This document shows, piece after piece, positions 1 through 9,002 of a stretch of 63,664 bases of DNA. This DNA is from an uncultured Roseivirgaceae bacterium. GTDB taxonomy: Bacteria > Bacteroidota > Bacteroidia > Cytophagales > Cyclobacteriaceae. The position numbers and the translations under genes were made by a program. The stretch's first letter is position 1. Every line of letters starts with the position of its first letter. The DNA is taken from assembly GCA_964395765.1 (NCBI GenBank), contig CAYNCU010000001.1, forward strand, positions 1-63,664, in the 5' to 3' direction. The notes beneath the pieces were generated by a model, which saw only the letters and a program-made list of their open reading frames with translations, was not told the origin of the DNA and ran no database searches.

Positions 1-115
1 GGGTCAGTTCGTGTTCTATATAAAACACTTTGATTTTAAAGGATTCACCGTTTTAGGATTTATTTTGAATTAATTGCGGAAGACAGAAGAGGGTCGTCGC
101 CACCCTATTCTAAAT

Positions 116-144
116 CCCGGTTTCGAAAGGAACCAGGGTTTTTT
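116..144 (+). terminator. Rho-independent terminator
   Basis: CCCGGTTTC-GAAA-GGAACCAGGG (9 bp stem with one bulge, GNRA loop) followed by TTTTTT. It lies about 40 nt after an open frame that enters from the left edge and stops at TAA 71-73. Confidence 0.6.
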
Positions 145-260
145 CCTGCTTTCCGCACTGGGTCAGTCTGAAGAATATAATTTAATTTTTGAATCTTAAT
201 TCTTGGTTTTTGATTTCAGTCGACAGCACTCGTCCAACCGTCAAAACACCGAGTAACCGG

Positions 261-1538
261 TTATTTCTCGTCTCCCACAATAACCAGAGAGAAATTTTCA
301 ATATCAAAATATTTTTCTGCGAGGTTCTTCAGTTCCGCCGGTGAAATTCTTTTCACTGTATCGATAAAATTTTCATAGAAATCATATCCCAGCCCGTAAT
401 AATATACCGCCTTAAACTTTTCGCTCAGCGCAAAGGATGTTTCCAGTTCGGACAAAAAGCTACCGAGCATATAATTTGTGACGATTTCCAGTTCATCTTC
501 TGAAACAGGAACGGTTCTGAGTCTATTAATCTCCTTATTGATTTCTTCAATTGCTTTACCTGTAAATTCTTTTATAATATCAGCGCCGATCACAAAATAA
601 CTTTCATTGAGATAACTGATCACACTTGAATATATTCCATAGGTGTATCCTTTTTCTTCTCTGATATTTTTCATTAGCCGCGATCCGAAGAATCCACCGA
701 ATAATTCATTTAAAACAATAAGCCCGTGATAATCGCTCTCTTTTTTATTAATAATTTTTTTTCCATAGCGAATCGAAGACTGCACACTACCCGGTTTATT
801 AATAGATAATTTCTTATCAACCGGCGAGTTGATTTTTAAATTAAAGCCATTGTTTATTTCTAAACCAATAGGCCTGGAGCCAAATTCTATTTCCAGTTTG
901 CGGATATACTCCGGGATTATTTTTCCGGTTAAAATAATTTCCATCCCGTTAAAAAGCTGCTGTGAATGAAATTCTTTCAGCAACTGAGGATTAATATTTT
1001 CATTTATATTTTCAATTTCAAGATTCTGACCATAGGGATGTTCTTGGCCAAACAGCAGCCTTCTGAATTCCTTGCCTGCCAGGTAACTTCCCTTTTCATT
1101 ATTTACCTTTAGCTCCCCGATTTCGAGGTCTTTCAACAGGCGCAATTCTGTTTCAGGAAATGCGGGTTCAAAAAGGCATTCTGTTATTACAGGTAATATA
1201 ACATCAAAATGTTTGTTCAGAAATATAGCGGTAATGGAAACCAGGTCAATACCCGGTGAAATTTTAAACCGGACCCCAAAGGATTCAAAAAACGCGGAGA
1301 TATCATCGGAGGATCTGTGAGCCGTACCTTCGGCCAGCATCTTCGAAGTAAAGAAGGAAGCTCCGTTGATCTTTTCATACCATTTTCCGGAACGCATGAT
1401 AATTTCCAATTGCAGGATATCATGCTGCCCGGCATTGATGACATGAAGAACTATCCCGTTATTGAGCCGGGTGGATTCTGCTTTTATAAAATTGAACTGG
1501 GAGATTTCGCGGGAAGGTGGAGGAATAGTCCTGTTCAA
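261..1538 (-). CDS. M16 (insulinase/pitrilysin) family protein, probably a non-catalytic homolog
   Basis: 425 aa with M16-like two-domain layout. Where the HxxEH zinc motif is expected the sequence reads FFTSKMLAEGT, with no His or Glu. TTG start overlaps the porV stop (TTGA). Confidence 0.7.
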   Translation of the reverse strand: MNRTIPPPSREISQFNFIKAESTRLNNGIVLHVINAGQHDILQLEIIMRSGKWYEKINGASFFTSKMLAEGTAHRSSDDISAFFESFGVRFKISPGIDLVSITAIFLNKHFDVILPVITECLFEPAFPETELRLLKDLEIGELKVNNEKGSYLAGKEFRRLLFGQEHPYGQNLEIENINENINPQLLKEFHSQQLFNGMEIILTGKIIPEYIRKLEIEFGSRPIGLEINNGFNLKINSPVDKKLSINKPGSVQSSIRYGKKIINKKESDYHGLIVLNELFGGFFGSRLMKNIREEKGYTYGIYSSVISYLNESYFVIGADIIKEFTGKAIEEINKEINRLRTVPVSEDELEIVTNYMLGSFLSELETSFALSEKFKAVYYYGLGYDFYENFIDTVKRISPAELKNLAEKYFDIENFSLVIVGDEK

Positions 1539-2803
1539 GGTTGCGGTTGCTCTTTATTATCGTCTTGAATAATTGATTCCTGTTGTTTATAAGTATCAAG
1601 GTTCATAACCAAAGTAAACCGGAGTGTTTCGGCCAGCGGATTATTATGAACCTGAGGGATCAGGTAGGCGAAATCTATTCCAAATACCTTGTAACGCAAT
1701 CCCAGCCCGAGGGTAAAATATTTACGGTTTCCCTTGTTGGCACTTTCCAGGAAATAACCGCCGCGGGCTGCGAAAAGATCATTATACCAGTATTCGAGTC
1801 CCGTACCCATCGTGACCTCCTGCAGCTCTTCACTCAGGCCACCCGGGGCATCGTCGAAAGAACCGAACATGCCGCTGATCAAAGAACGGTTGGGGTCTTT
1901 TCCCTTGCTGATGATCGGCTGGTTGTTTGAATTATAAAGGATCTGCCCGTTGGCATCGAATTTATAAATCGGCGGAGTAGGTACCATTAATTTATTGAAG
2001 TCAACAATCAGGGATAATTTGTTATACGGATCAAGATTGGATGTAAAAGCCCCGCCGGCTCTGAAGTCTGTAGGGATAAATTCCAGGTTATTGGCATCGG
2101 AGTACGTCATCTTGTTCCCGATATTGGTGATGGCCACGCCAACCGCTATGTTGGAATTATTACCACTGAAAACAAGATCCTTGTTATAGTACCACCCGAT
2201 ATCGGCAGCCACACTGGTACCTGCCTGCGCATCATTGGTACTGTTCCATGCATTACCGGTAAGATTGGAATAGATAAATCTTAAGCTTACACCTAACCCC
2301 ATATTATCCGTCAGCATCTGCCCGTATGTTCCGTCAACGGCAAATTCCGTTGGGTTAAAGTCACCGGTTGTATTACCGTTGTTATCTGTAAAAACAATAT
2401 TACCAAGGTTAAAGTAGGTCAGAGACATTCCAACCGTTCGTTCACGATTCAGTTTGTAATAACCGGAAGCATAGGATATCGACATGTCATTAATGATCTT
2501 TCCGAGCCAGGGAGTATAGGATAAACTGAAACCGTAATCATTTTTTATGAAGGGATATTTTCCGGGATTCCAGTGTGCGGATACGGCATCGGGGGTAGTT
2601 GCCGCTCCCACATCACCCATGGCACCTGACCGTGCATCCGGGGCAATTAAAAGAAACGGCACAGCCGTTGTGATTACCCGGCGGGTCGTATCAAAACCCG
2701 CAAAAATAGCAGGATTCGTTTGAGCTATGGAACCTAAAGGAATTCCCAGCGTAATTAAACTTATTAAAAAAAGCCTGTAGGGATGCATGGCAAATTTTGG
2801 CAA
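1535..2803 (-). CDS. porV: Type IX secretion system outer-membrane beta-barrel protein PorV (LptO)
   Basis: 422 aa with signal peptide. N-terminal region (ARSGAMGDVGAATTPDAVSAHWNPGKY) is typical of PorV/FadL-like barrels. Lies immediately downstream of porU. Confidence 0.8.
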   Translation of the reverse strand: MPKFAMHPYRLFLISLITLGIPLGSIAQTNPAIFAGFDTTRRVITTAVPFLLIAPDARSGAMGDVGAATTPDAVSAHWNPGKYPFIKNDYGFSLSYTPWLGKIINDMSISYASGYYKLNRERTVGMSLTYFNLGNIVFTDNNGNTTGDFNPTEFAVDGTYGQMLTDNMGLGVSLRFIYSNLTGNAWNSTNDAQAGTSVAADIGWYYNKDLVFSGNNSNIAVGVAITNIGNKMTYSDANNLEFIPTDFRAGGAFTSNLDPYNKLSLIVDFNKLMVPTPPIYKFDANGQILYNSNNQPIISKGKDPNRSLISGMFGSFDDAPGGLSEELQEVTMGTGLEYWYNDLFAARGGYFLESANKGNRKYFTLGLGLRYKVFGIDFAYLIPQVHNNPLAETLRFTLVMNLDTYKQQESIIQDDNKEQPQP

Positions 2804-2809
2804 AGATAA

Positions 2810-5800
2810 TTAATAATTTAAAACCAACTTGTGGAATTTACTGATTTTGGCCCCATCTAATAGAGAACGAACCGTAACCTTATAAATATATAAACCGCCT
2901 CCCAATTTTTTACCGGTAGCATTTGTGCCATCCCACCACAGATCATCCACCTTATAATCACTGTTTTCAACAGTATAATTCAGTTGTCTTACTTCTTCCC
3001 CGTTCATATTGAATATATCAACAACAATCTGAAGATCCTCTCCTGCCCTGTTTTGTTTAAAGGTAAAGGTAGTCCCGCTACTGAACGGATTTGGATAATT
3101 CAAAAGGTCATCGACCAGTAAAGTTCTTTTATCACTTACGGTGAATGTCAGGTAAGCGGTACCGGTATTATTGTAAGTATCTCGGGCGGAGAGTTCAATT
3201 ACGTGAGTCCCTTCGACCAGGTTTGTCAACTGGTATTCAATAGTTCCGTTCCTGTAATCATTAGCATTCGCTTTATAATAATCCGTCAGATCATATAATT
3301 GGTCATCGATATGAGCGATAATCCCTTTATCAAGTCCGTAACTGGTGGTGCTGATTCCGTGATCATCGTGTAATTCGGCAACCAGCACAGGGTTGGGTCC
3401 CGTCAGATCTCCCTGATGATAGGTCGTATCATAGAGATAAAGTTTTATATCAGGGGGTTGCGAATCCTGTGTGAAATTATTTTGTGTTGCGCCCACCCAA
3501 AAATCCGAATTGGATCCTATGGCATCTGCATTTTCCTGTTCATTGACAGAATACATGTCGATCCGCCCCTTGCCAACTTTATAATTTATATCTTTAGGCA
3601 CAACAAATTCCACATTAAAAGTTCCGTTCTTTACGGCGGCGTCCCCCCTGAACAAAATATTATCCCTGGCCAGGTAATTCATAACCGGATCTTCAGTCCC
3701 GAGGGTTTGATGCTGCACGGGTTTATCGAATACTGTCACCGTCACCGTACCGTTATAATTTTCCATTATTCCGCCGGAACCATCGCTGATAATTCCATTC
3801 ATCCTGGTAAATTTAAGCGCCTTCAGCGTATCCGGTCCCTGCGTCAGGTCGCTGTCGTCCATTCCGGTTATTTTTATATCGTAATCAGGGAAGGCCAGTT
3901 TCATGGAAGGGTCTCCAAGCAAAGAAAAATTCCTGTTTATAGATCCGTTCAGGCTACTGTTTTTCGTTTCTTCAAAAATTTCCCCGAGGGTTTGAAATTG
4001 ATTGTTCTTTTTCAGAAACAGATGATCGTAGAAGGCCTGGTTCAGAATAAAATTGGTGGAGGAAAAAACAGGCCTGGAGGTAGTGACCAGGGCAATGGCC
4101 CCTCCCGTTTCGTTAAACAAGGCGTATTCAGCACCGGATATCAGGCGCGGATCATCGTGTCTTCCGAATTCACAGGTCGCCGTAATAAATAACGGAAGAC
4201 GGGAACGATTATTAAAACCTGTGATCATCGGTAAATCCATAACATCTTCGGAAGTCCATTGGGATTCATTACCATGCCCTGTAAAATTGATTATCAAGAC
4301 ACCTTTATTCACCTCATCCTGGACCGCCTGTTTTGCTTCCGGTGAAGTTTCGGTACCCGGCGTAAGCACCTGGGGATAAGCATCCACATAGATTTTTTTT
4401 ACGGAATAATTTGGGTTCAGGGTATCCACCAAAGTTGCCAGCCGGTCCGCATCCCTTTCATGGATAATGCCGTCAACGCCGTCTCCATCGTCGGCCACAA
4501 AACATATTTTGCTTCTCCAATCTCCATACCGGTCCTTCGCGGTTTCATAACCGATGAGCTTATTGACGATGATATCTGCTTCATCCTTTGACAGGACCGG
4601 CAGGCGGCCGACAGCCACGTCCATTGTATTGTCTCCCTGACTGGTTTCATCCCAATATCCTTCATTATCATCCATGAAACCGAAATAATCGTCGGAGGCA
4701 TAACTGAAAATAGGGTGAAGGGAATTCCGCGATTCATAAATAGGTACAAAATCCGTGTTTCCCGATATCACATTTTTATAATCGAATGATCCCTTGCCGA
4801 AAAGCAGCACGTATTTCAAGGTTGTTTTATTTCCTTTATCATAGAGGTATTTTATAAAATCCCTTAACGCGGTCACATCCTGCGCCCCGGATGAAAATTC
4901 ATTATAAACCTGTTCGGTGGTTGCGACGAGGCCTGAAATGCCATTTTCGGAATTTCTGAAGTCCGCTAATTTCTGAGCGGCCTCCGAAAACAATGGATTG
5001 GCAATGATCAGTAATTGAGGAACTGCCGAACCGTGAAGGTCCTGGTTCGTGATGGTTCTTGCCGATGCCGGAAGTGATGCATTGCCATCTTCAAATACAA
5101 TAAAGGTTTTTAGACCTGAAGTTTCAGTAGCAAAGCGCATATTATCTCCCTGCAGATCCGGTTTTATTTCCATCGGTTGAAGGGGGTCCGAAATATCCCA
5201 CACCCGGTTATTTACGTTTGCATTTTTCACTTCGAAAATAATTTCAGGGTATGACAGGCTTTGTTGCGATTGAAAAACAAAATCTTTTCCGGCATAGGAT
5301 AATTCTCGTTCGCAATGCAATATGAAATAATTCAGGAAACCTACCCCCTGCCCGGACGTTTTGTTATAGGACAAGGTTAATTTTAATTTATCCGGAGATG
5401 TAATTGAATTCACATTCACCGAAAAATCATCTGTCCGGTCAATCCCTTTCACTGCATATGTTGCATCGGGGATCGGGTCCATCGCCTGGCTGCCTATTAT
5501 TATTCCGTTAACCGACACATCAAAAGAAGTTGCGGAAAAAGATTGTGCCATAACAGAAGAAATTATTTCCAGCGACGAGCCTGAAAGGATACCCGGCAAG
5601 TCATAATTAAAATCATAACTGGTTTGAAAATCAAATTTCTCGCCGTACCATTCCCTGCCTGATTCAAGAATATTGGTATTATTCTCTTCATGGTATTCGA
5701 GGTCGTCCCACGTGGTTACTACGGGTAAACCGGCACCTGCTAAATCCGAAACTGAAATTCTTTTTCCCGACTTATCGCCAAAGGTGAGAAAATAATAGGT

Positions 5801-6259
5801 GGTATCAGAATAGAGGTTATAGCGGTAATCAACAGAAACCTTTCCCGAGGAATCCGACAAGCTAAGCCGATGCGGCGATTCACCGTAAAAAAGAACATAA
5901 TCGCCGGGATCGAAATGCCCGTCATCCTCCCCTTTCACATAAATTTTATTTTCGGTAAGGTCCTCTGCCCGGGGAGCTGAATTTTCCTGCGGAAGCATGA
6001 AGCAGCCATTCCCATACAAGCGGATGGTTCTGGGATCGATGGAAGAAGGGTCCAGTCCTTCGTTTTTAAAAAAATTATAATCCAGCCGGTATATTTCATT
6101 TTTTATTACCCCTATCTTTATCCATTTCCCCCGGGACAAAACGGAATGGGAAATACTTTTGCTTTTCAATTCAGAAAATGGAGAAGCCTGCGCATTAAAA
6201 TCCGACGGGACCTGTAATGCCAGGAAAATAAATACGCTATATAGCAGAGACGATTTCAA
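2810..6259 (-). CDS. porU: Type IX secretion system sortase PorU (C25 gingipain-like cysteine peptidase)
   Basis: 1149 aa with signal peptide. Catalytic-type His (INFTGHGNE) and Cys (FITATCEFG) motifs, a C-terminal beta-sandwich, and porU-porV synteny. Confidence 0.85.
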   Translation of the reverse strand: MKSSLLYSVFIFLALQVPSDFNAQASPFSELKSKSISHSVLSRGKWIKIGVIKNEIYRLDYNFFKNEGLDPSSIDPRTIRLYGNGCFMLPQENSAPRAEDLTENKIYVKGEDDGHFDPGDYVLFYGESPHRLSLSDSSGKVSVDYRYNLYSDTTYYFLTFGDKSGKRISVSDLAGAGLPVVTTWDDLEYHEENNTNILESGREWYGEKFDFQTSYDFNYDLPGILSGSSLEIISSVMAQSFSATSFDVSVNGIIIGSQAMDPIPDATYAVKGIDRTDDFSVNVNSITSPDKLKLTLSYNKTSGQGVGFLNYFILHCERELSYAGKDFVFQSQQSLSYPEIIFEVKNANVNNRVWDISDPLQPMEIKPDLQGDNMRFATETSGLKTFIVFEDGNASLPASARTITNQDLHGSAVPQLLIIANPLFSEAAQKLADFRNSENGISGLVATTEQVYNEFSSGAQDVTALRDFIKYLYDKGNKTTLKYVLLFGKGSFDYKNVISGNTDFVPIYESRNSLHPIFSYASDDYFGFMDDNEGYWDETSQGDNTMDVAVGRLPVLSKDEADIIVNKLIGYETAKDRYGDWRSKICFVADDGDGVDGIIHERDADRLATLVDTLNPNYSVKKIYVDAYPQVLTPGTETSPEAKQAVQDEVNKGVLIINFTGHGNESQWTSEDVMDLPMITGFNNRSRLPLFITATCEFGRHDDPRLISGAEYALFNETGGAIALVTTSRPVFSSTNFILNQAFYDHLFLKKNNQFQTLGEIFEETKNSSLNGSINRNFSLLGDPSMKLAFPDYDIKITGMDDSDLTQGPDTLKALKFTRMNGIISDGSGGIMENYNGTVTVTVFDKPVQHQTLGTEDPVMNYLARDNILFRGDAAVKNGTFNVEFVVPKDINYKVGKGRIDMYSVNEQENADAIGSNSDFWVGATQNNFTQDSQPPDIKLYLYDTTYHQGDLTGPNPVLVAELHDDHGISTTSYGLDKGIIAHIDDQLYDLTDYYKANANDYRNGTIEYQLTNLVEGTHVIELSARDTYNNTGTAYLTFTVSDKRTLLVDDLLNYPNPFSSGTTFTFKQNRAGEDLQIVVDIFNMNGEEVRQLNYTVENSDYKVDDLWWDGTNATGKKLGGGLYIYKVTVRSLLDGAKISKFHKLVLNY

Positions 6260-6353
6260 ATTAATCCGGGGTCCGTTCTAAATAACGAAAATATAAATTC
6301 TTTATTTGGCAAATAATATTTTAGCAGCCAGGGTAGTCCGGCACCGTTATTCA

Positions 6354-7067
6354 CTAAATTATTTCGTTTATTTTATTCTTTGTGAATAAATGCCAGGCCA
6401 GCGAAATAATGATATAGGCGATCAGTGCAGGCGTTATTCCTTCCAGTTTAAAAATGATGATCAATAGGATCGAGATAATCACGATGATGTACCGGGTAAA
6501 ATTATTGTTCCAGTTCAGATTTTTAAATTTCAGCGACGGAAAACGGACCGATGAAACCATCAGTAAGGAGCCTATGAGGATGATACCGGTAAGGGCCGCC
6601 TGTGACGATAAAAAATCAAAGACTCCCCCCTCCTGAAGAAACGGGATGCCGCTTAGTAGAAAGGCATTGGCCGGGGTGGGTAAACCGATGAAATCCTCCT
6701 TTTGTCTGGTATCGATATTGAACTTGGCTAACCGAAGCGCTGAAAATACAGGAATCAGAAGTGCGATGAAGGGTAATAAATGAAGGCCTGAAGAAGTGCT
6801 TGCGGAAAGCATGCTGAACATTAAATAGCCCGGAAGCAAGCCGAACGTAACCATATCCGCCAGTGAATCCAGTTCTTTCCCCAGTTCGGAATAAGAGCCG
6901 GTTAACCGGGCGGCAAATCCGTCAAGGAAATCAAATAATGCTCCCAACCAGACCAGGCAGGCCGCCCTGGTTATTTCACCGTTCATTACTTCTATAATGC
7001 CGAGGCTTCCCGACAGGAGATTGCACAGGGTTAAAAAGTTGGGAATATGTTTAATCAGTTTCCTCAT
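6354..7067 (-). CDS. pssA: CDP-diacylglycerol--serine O-phosphatidyltransferase (CDP-alcohol phosphatidyltransferase family)
   Basis: 237 aa polytopic membrane protein with the motif DGFAAR...G...D...D (FLDGFAARLTGSYSELGKELDSLADMV). Confidence 0.8.
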   Translation of the reverse strand: MRKLIKHIPNFLTLCNLLSGSLGIIEVMNGEITRAACLVWLGALFDFLDGFAARLTGSYSELGKELDSLADMVTFGLLPGYLMFSMLSASTSSGLHLLPFIALLIPVFSALRLAKFNIDTRQKEDFIGLPTPANAFLLSGIPFLQEGGVFDFLSSQAALTGIILIGSLLMVSSVRFPSLKFKNLNWNNNFTRYIIVIISILLIIIFKLEGITPALIAYIIISLAWHLFTKNKINEII

Positions 7068-7073
7068 TTATTA

Positions 7074-7718
7074 TCACCGCATATTACAAAAAGGGTTATA
7101 TATTTTTTCTTTTCCCAAAGTCGTATTCGGGCCATGGCCTGAATAAATTTCAACTTCATCGGGAAGTACATATAATTTATTTTTTATCCCCGCGATCAGG
7201 GTATCAAAGTCCCCGCCGGGAAGGTCGGTCCTCCCAATGCTGTTCTGAAAGATGATATCGCCGGCGATACATTTCCCCATCTCTTTTTCATAGAGCGCAA
7301 TATGACCGGGAGAATGGCCCGGAATGAAAATTACCTTCCATGCACTTTCTTCCAACTCAATTATATCTCTCTCTTTAAGAAACCGGTCCGGTTCCGGTTC
7401 CCTGTAATCGGGGAACCCATATATTTCCGCAAACGACTTCATTGATAAAAGCACCTGTCTTTCAAGTTCATGAATGCAAAAAGGAATATTGAAATTTTCC
7501 TTCAAAGCCTGCACCCCCAATATATGATCAATATGACAATGCGTATTGACAATCATGACAGGCTTCAGTTTCTGTTGACTGATGAAGCCTGTTAAAATTT
7601 TAAATTCATCTTCAAAATAATTCCCGGGATCGATAATGATACAATCGCCACCGGGTTTATAAATCAGGTGTGTGTTTTCCTGCAGCGTATTGAAGCAAAA
7701 AGTTTTAATTCCTATCAT
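7074..7718 (-). CDS. MBL-fold metallo-hydrolase (hydroxyacylglutathione hydrolase-like)
   Basis: HxHxDH motif (THCHIDH). The ORF track starts at a TTG at 7772. The ATG giving MIGIKTFCFNTLQENTHLIY (7718) matches the usual N-terminus of this family, so I trimmed the start. Confidence 0.75.
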   Translation of the reverse strand: MIGIKTFCFNTLQENTHLIYKPGGDCIIIDPGNYFEDEFKILTGFISQQKLKPVMIVNTHCHIDHILGVQALKENFNIPFCIHELERQVLLSMKSFAEIYGFPDYREPEPDRFLKERDIIELEESAWKVIFIPGHSPGHIALYEKEMGKCIAGDIIFQNSIGRTDLPGGDFDTLIAGIKNKLYVLPDEVEIYSGHGPNTTLGKEKIYNPFCNMR

Positions 7719-7765
7719 TTCAGCGTGAATTTTTACAAATTTGAAATAATTATCATTGATAACAA

Positions 7766-7800
7766 ATCTCAATTTTCAACCTCCAACTTTCAACTCTCAA
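7766..7800. repeat. Five tandem heptamers YYTYCAA (reads TTGRRRR on the minus strand) upstream of the MBL hydrolase operon
   Basis: atctcaa ttttcaa cctccaa ctttcaa ctctcaa. Same type of tract as 47763-47804. Confidence 0.7.
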
Positions 7801-7928
7801 TTCCCGGATTAATATAACCCAACAGGGCTATCGCTTTCATACAAATTAACCCATAACCTATATTACGCTAATCATTTTATATATTTATATTATTGCCTCT
7901 TATAGAAATGAATGGTTTATAATTTCTC

Positions 7929-8972
7929 ATGAATCTCGATTTCATTATTGCCGGGCAGGGACTAGCCGGAAGCATTCTTGCCTATCGCTTGCTTAAGCGG
8001 GGATATAAAATCAGAATATTCGATGATGGGGATAATACGGCTTCCTCCGTTGCCGCCGGTTTATTCAACCCCATCACGGGCAAAAGGTGGGTAAAAACCT
8101 GGAAAGCCGAAGAGGCTTTTGCCTCTCTTGAAGAATTTTACCCGGCCTTACAGGAAAGTTATCAAACTGAATTCTATCACCCGAAAACATTGTACCGATT
8201 ATTCACAAGCCGGAAGGAGCAAAATGAATGGAATGCGAAATCTCAAAATGAACTTTCATCCATATTTATCGACCGTGTCGTCAATGAACCTCAGCTTCCG
8301 GGAATACTTAACGATCCCTATGGCGGATTGTTGATCCGGCGTGCCGGCTTTTTAAATGTCCCGGTTTTACTGAATATGATGAAACAGGATTTTATAGCAA
8401 GAAATATCCTTATAGGGGAACGTATTGATGAGAATCAGTTACAATTTGAACCTGGTAAAATCAGATACCGCGATTATCATGCGGGTTATCTCATTTTTTG
8501 CACGGGGATTTCCGCATTAAAAAGCAAGTATTTTTCATGGCTTCCTTTCAATCCTGTTAAAGGTGAAGTGCTGACCGTGAAAGCCGACATGAAGACCGAT
8601 TATATAATCGGTAAAGGAATTTTTATCATTCCTGAAGGTAATAACCAATTTAAGCTTGGCGCTACCTACGACCGGGGAAATATGGATCTTTCGGTCACCC
8701 GGGAAGCAGAAATCGAATTACTGAATAAGTTCCGTAAAATTATTAACACGCGGGTTGAAGTAATCCACCATGATTCCGGAATCCGGCCGGCAACGAGAGA
8801 CAGGAGACCTTTCATGGGTTTTCATCCTGATATTAAAAATCTTGGGATATTTAACGGATTCGGATCGAAAGGGGTCTCCCTGATCCCTTATTTATCAGCC
8901 CTGTATATGGATTGCCTTTCCGGCAAAGTCAATTTAAAACCTGAGATAAATATTATGCGATATTTTAATTAA
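7929..8972 (+). CDS. FAD-dependent oxidoreductase (DAO family)
   Basis: 347 aa with an N-terminal dinucleotide-binding motif, DFIIAGQGLAGSILA. Confidence 0.7.
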   Translation: MNLDFIIAGQGLAGSILAYRLLKRGYKIRIFDDGDNTASSVAAGLFNPITGKRWVKTWKAEEAFASLEEFYPALQESYQTEFYHPKTLYRLFTSRKEQNEWNAKSQNELSSIFIDRVVNEPQLPGILNDPYGGLLIRRAGFLNVPVLLNMMKQDFIARNILIGERIDENQLQFEPGKIRYRDYHAGYLIFCTGISALKSKYFSWLPFNPVKGEVLTVKADMKTDYIIGKGIFIIPEGNNQFKLGATYDRGNMDLSVTREAEIELLNKFRKIINTRVEVIHHDSGIRPATRDRRPFMGFHPDIKNLGIFNGFGSKGVSLIPYLSALYMDCLSGKVNLKPEINIMRYFN

Positions 8973-9002
8973 TTTAGGTGGCCCAATCGTTATTATAGGG
9001 AT

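Noticed and set aside
1-110. Possible structured RNA gene or partial CDS at the left edge
   Set aside because: No tRNA, tmRNA, RNase P or SRP signature was recognised. A frame open from the edge to TAA 71-73 followed by a good terminator suggests the 3' end of a protein gene, but 23 codons are too few to call a product.
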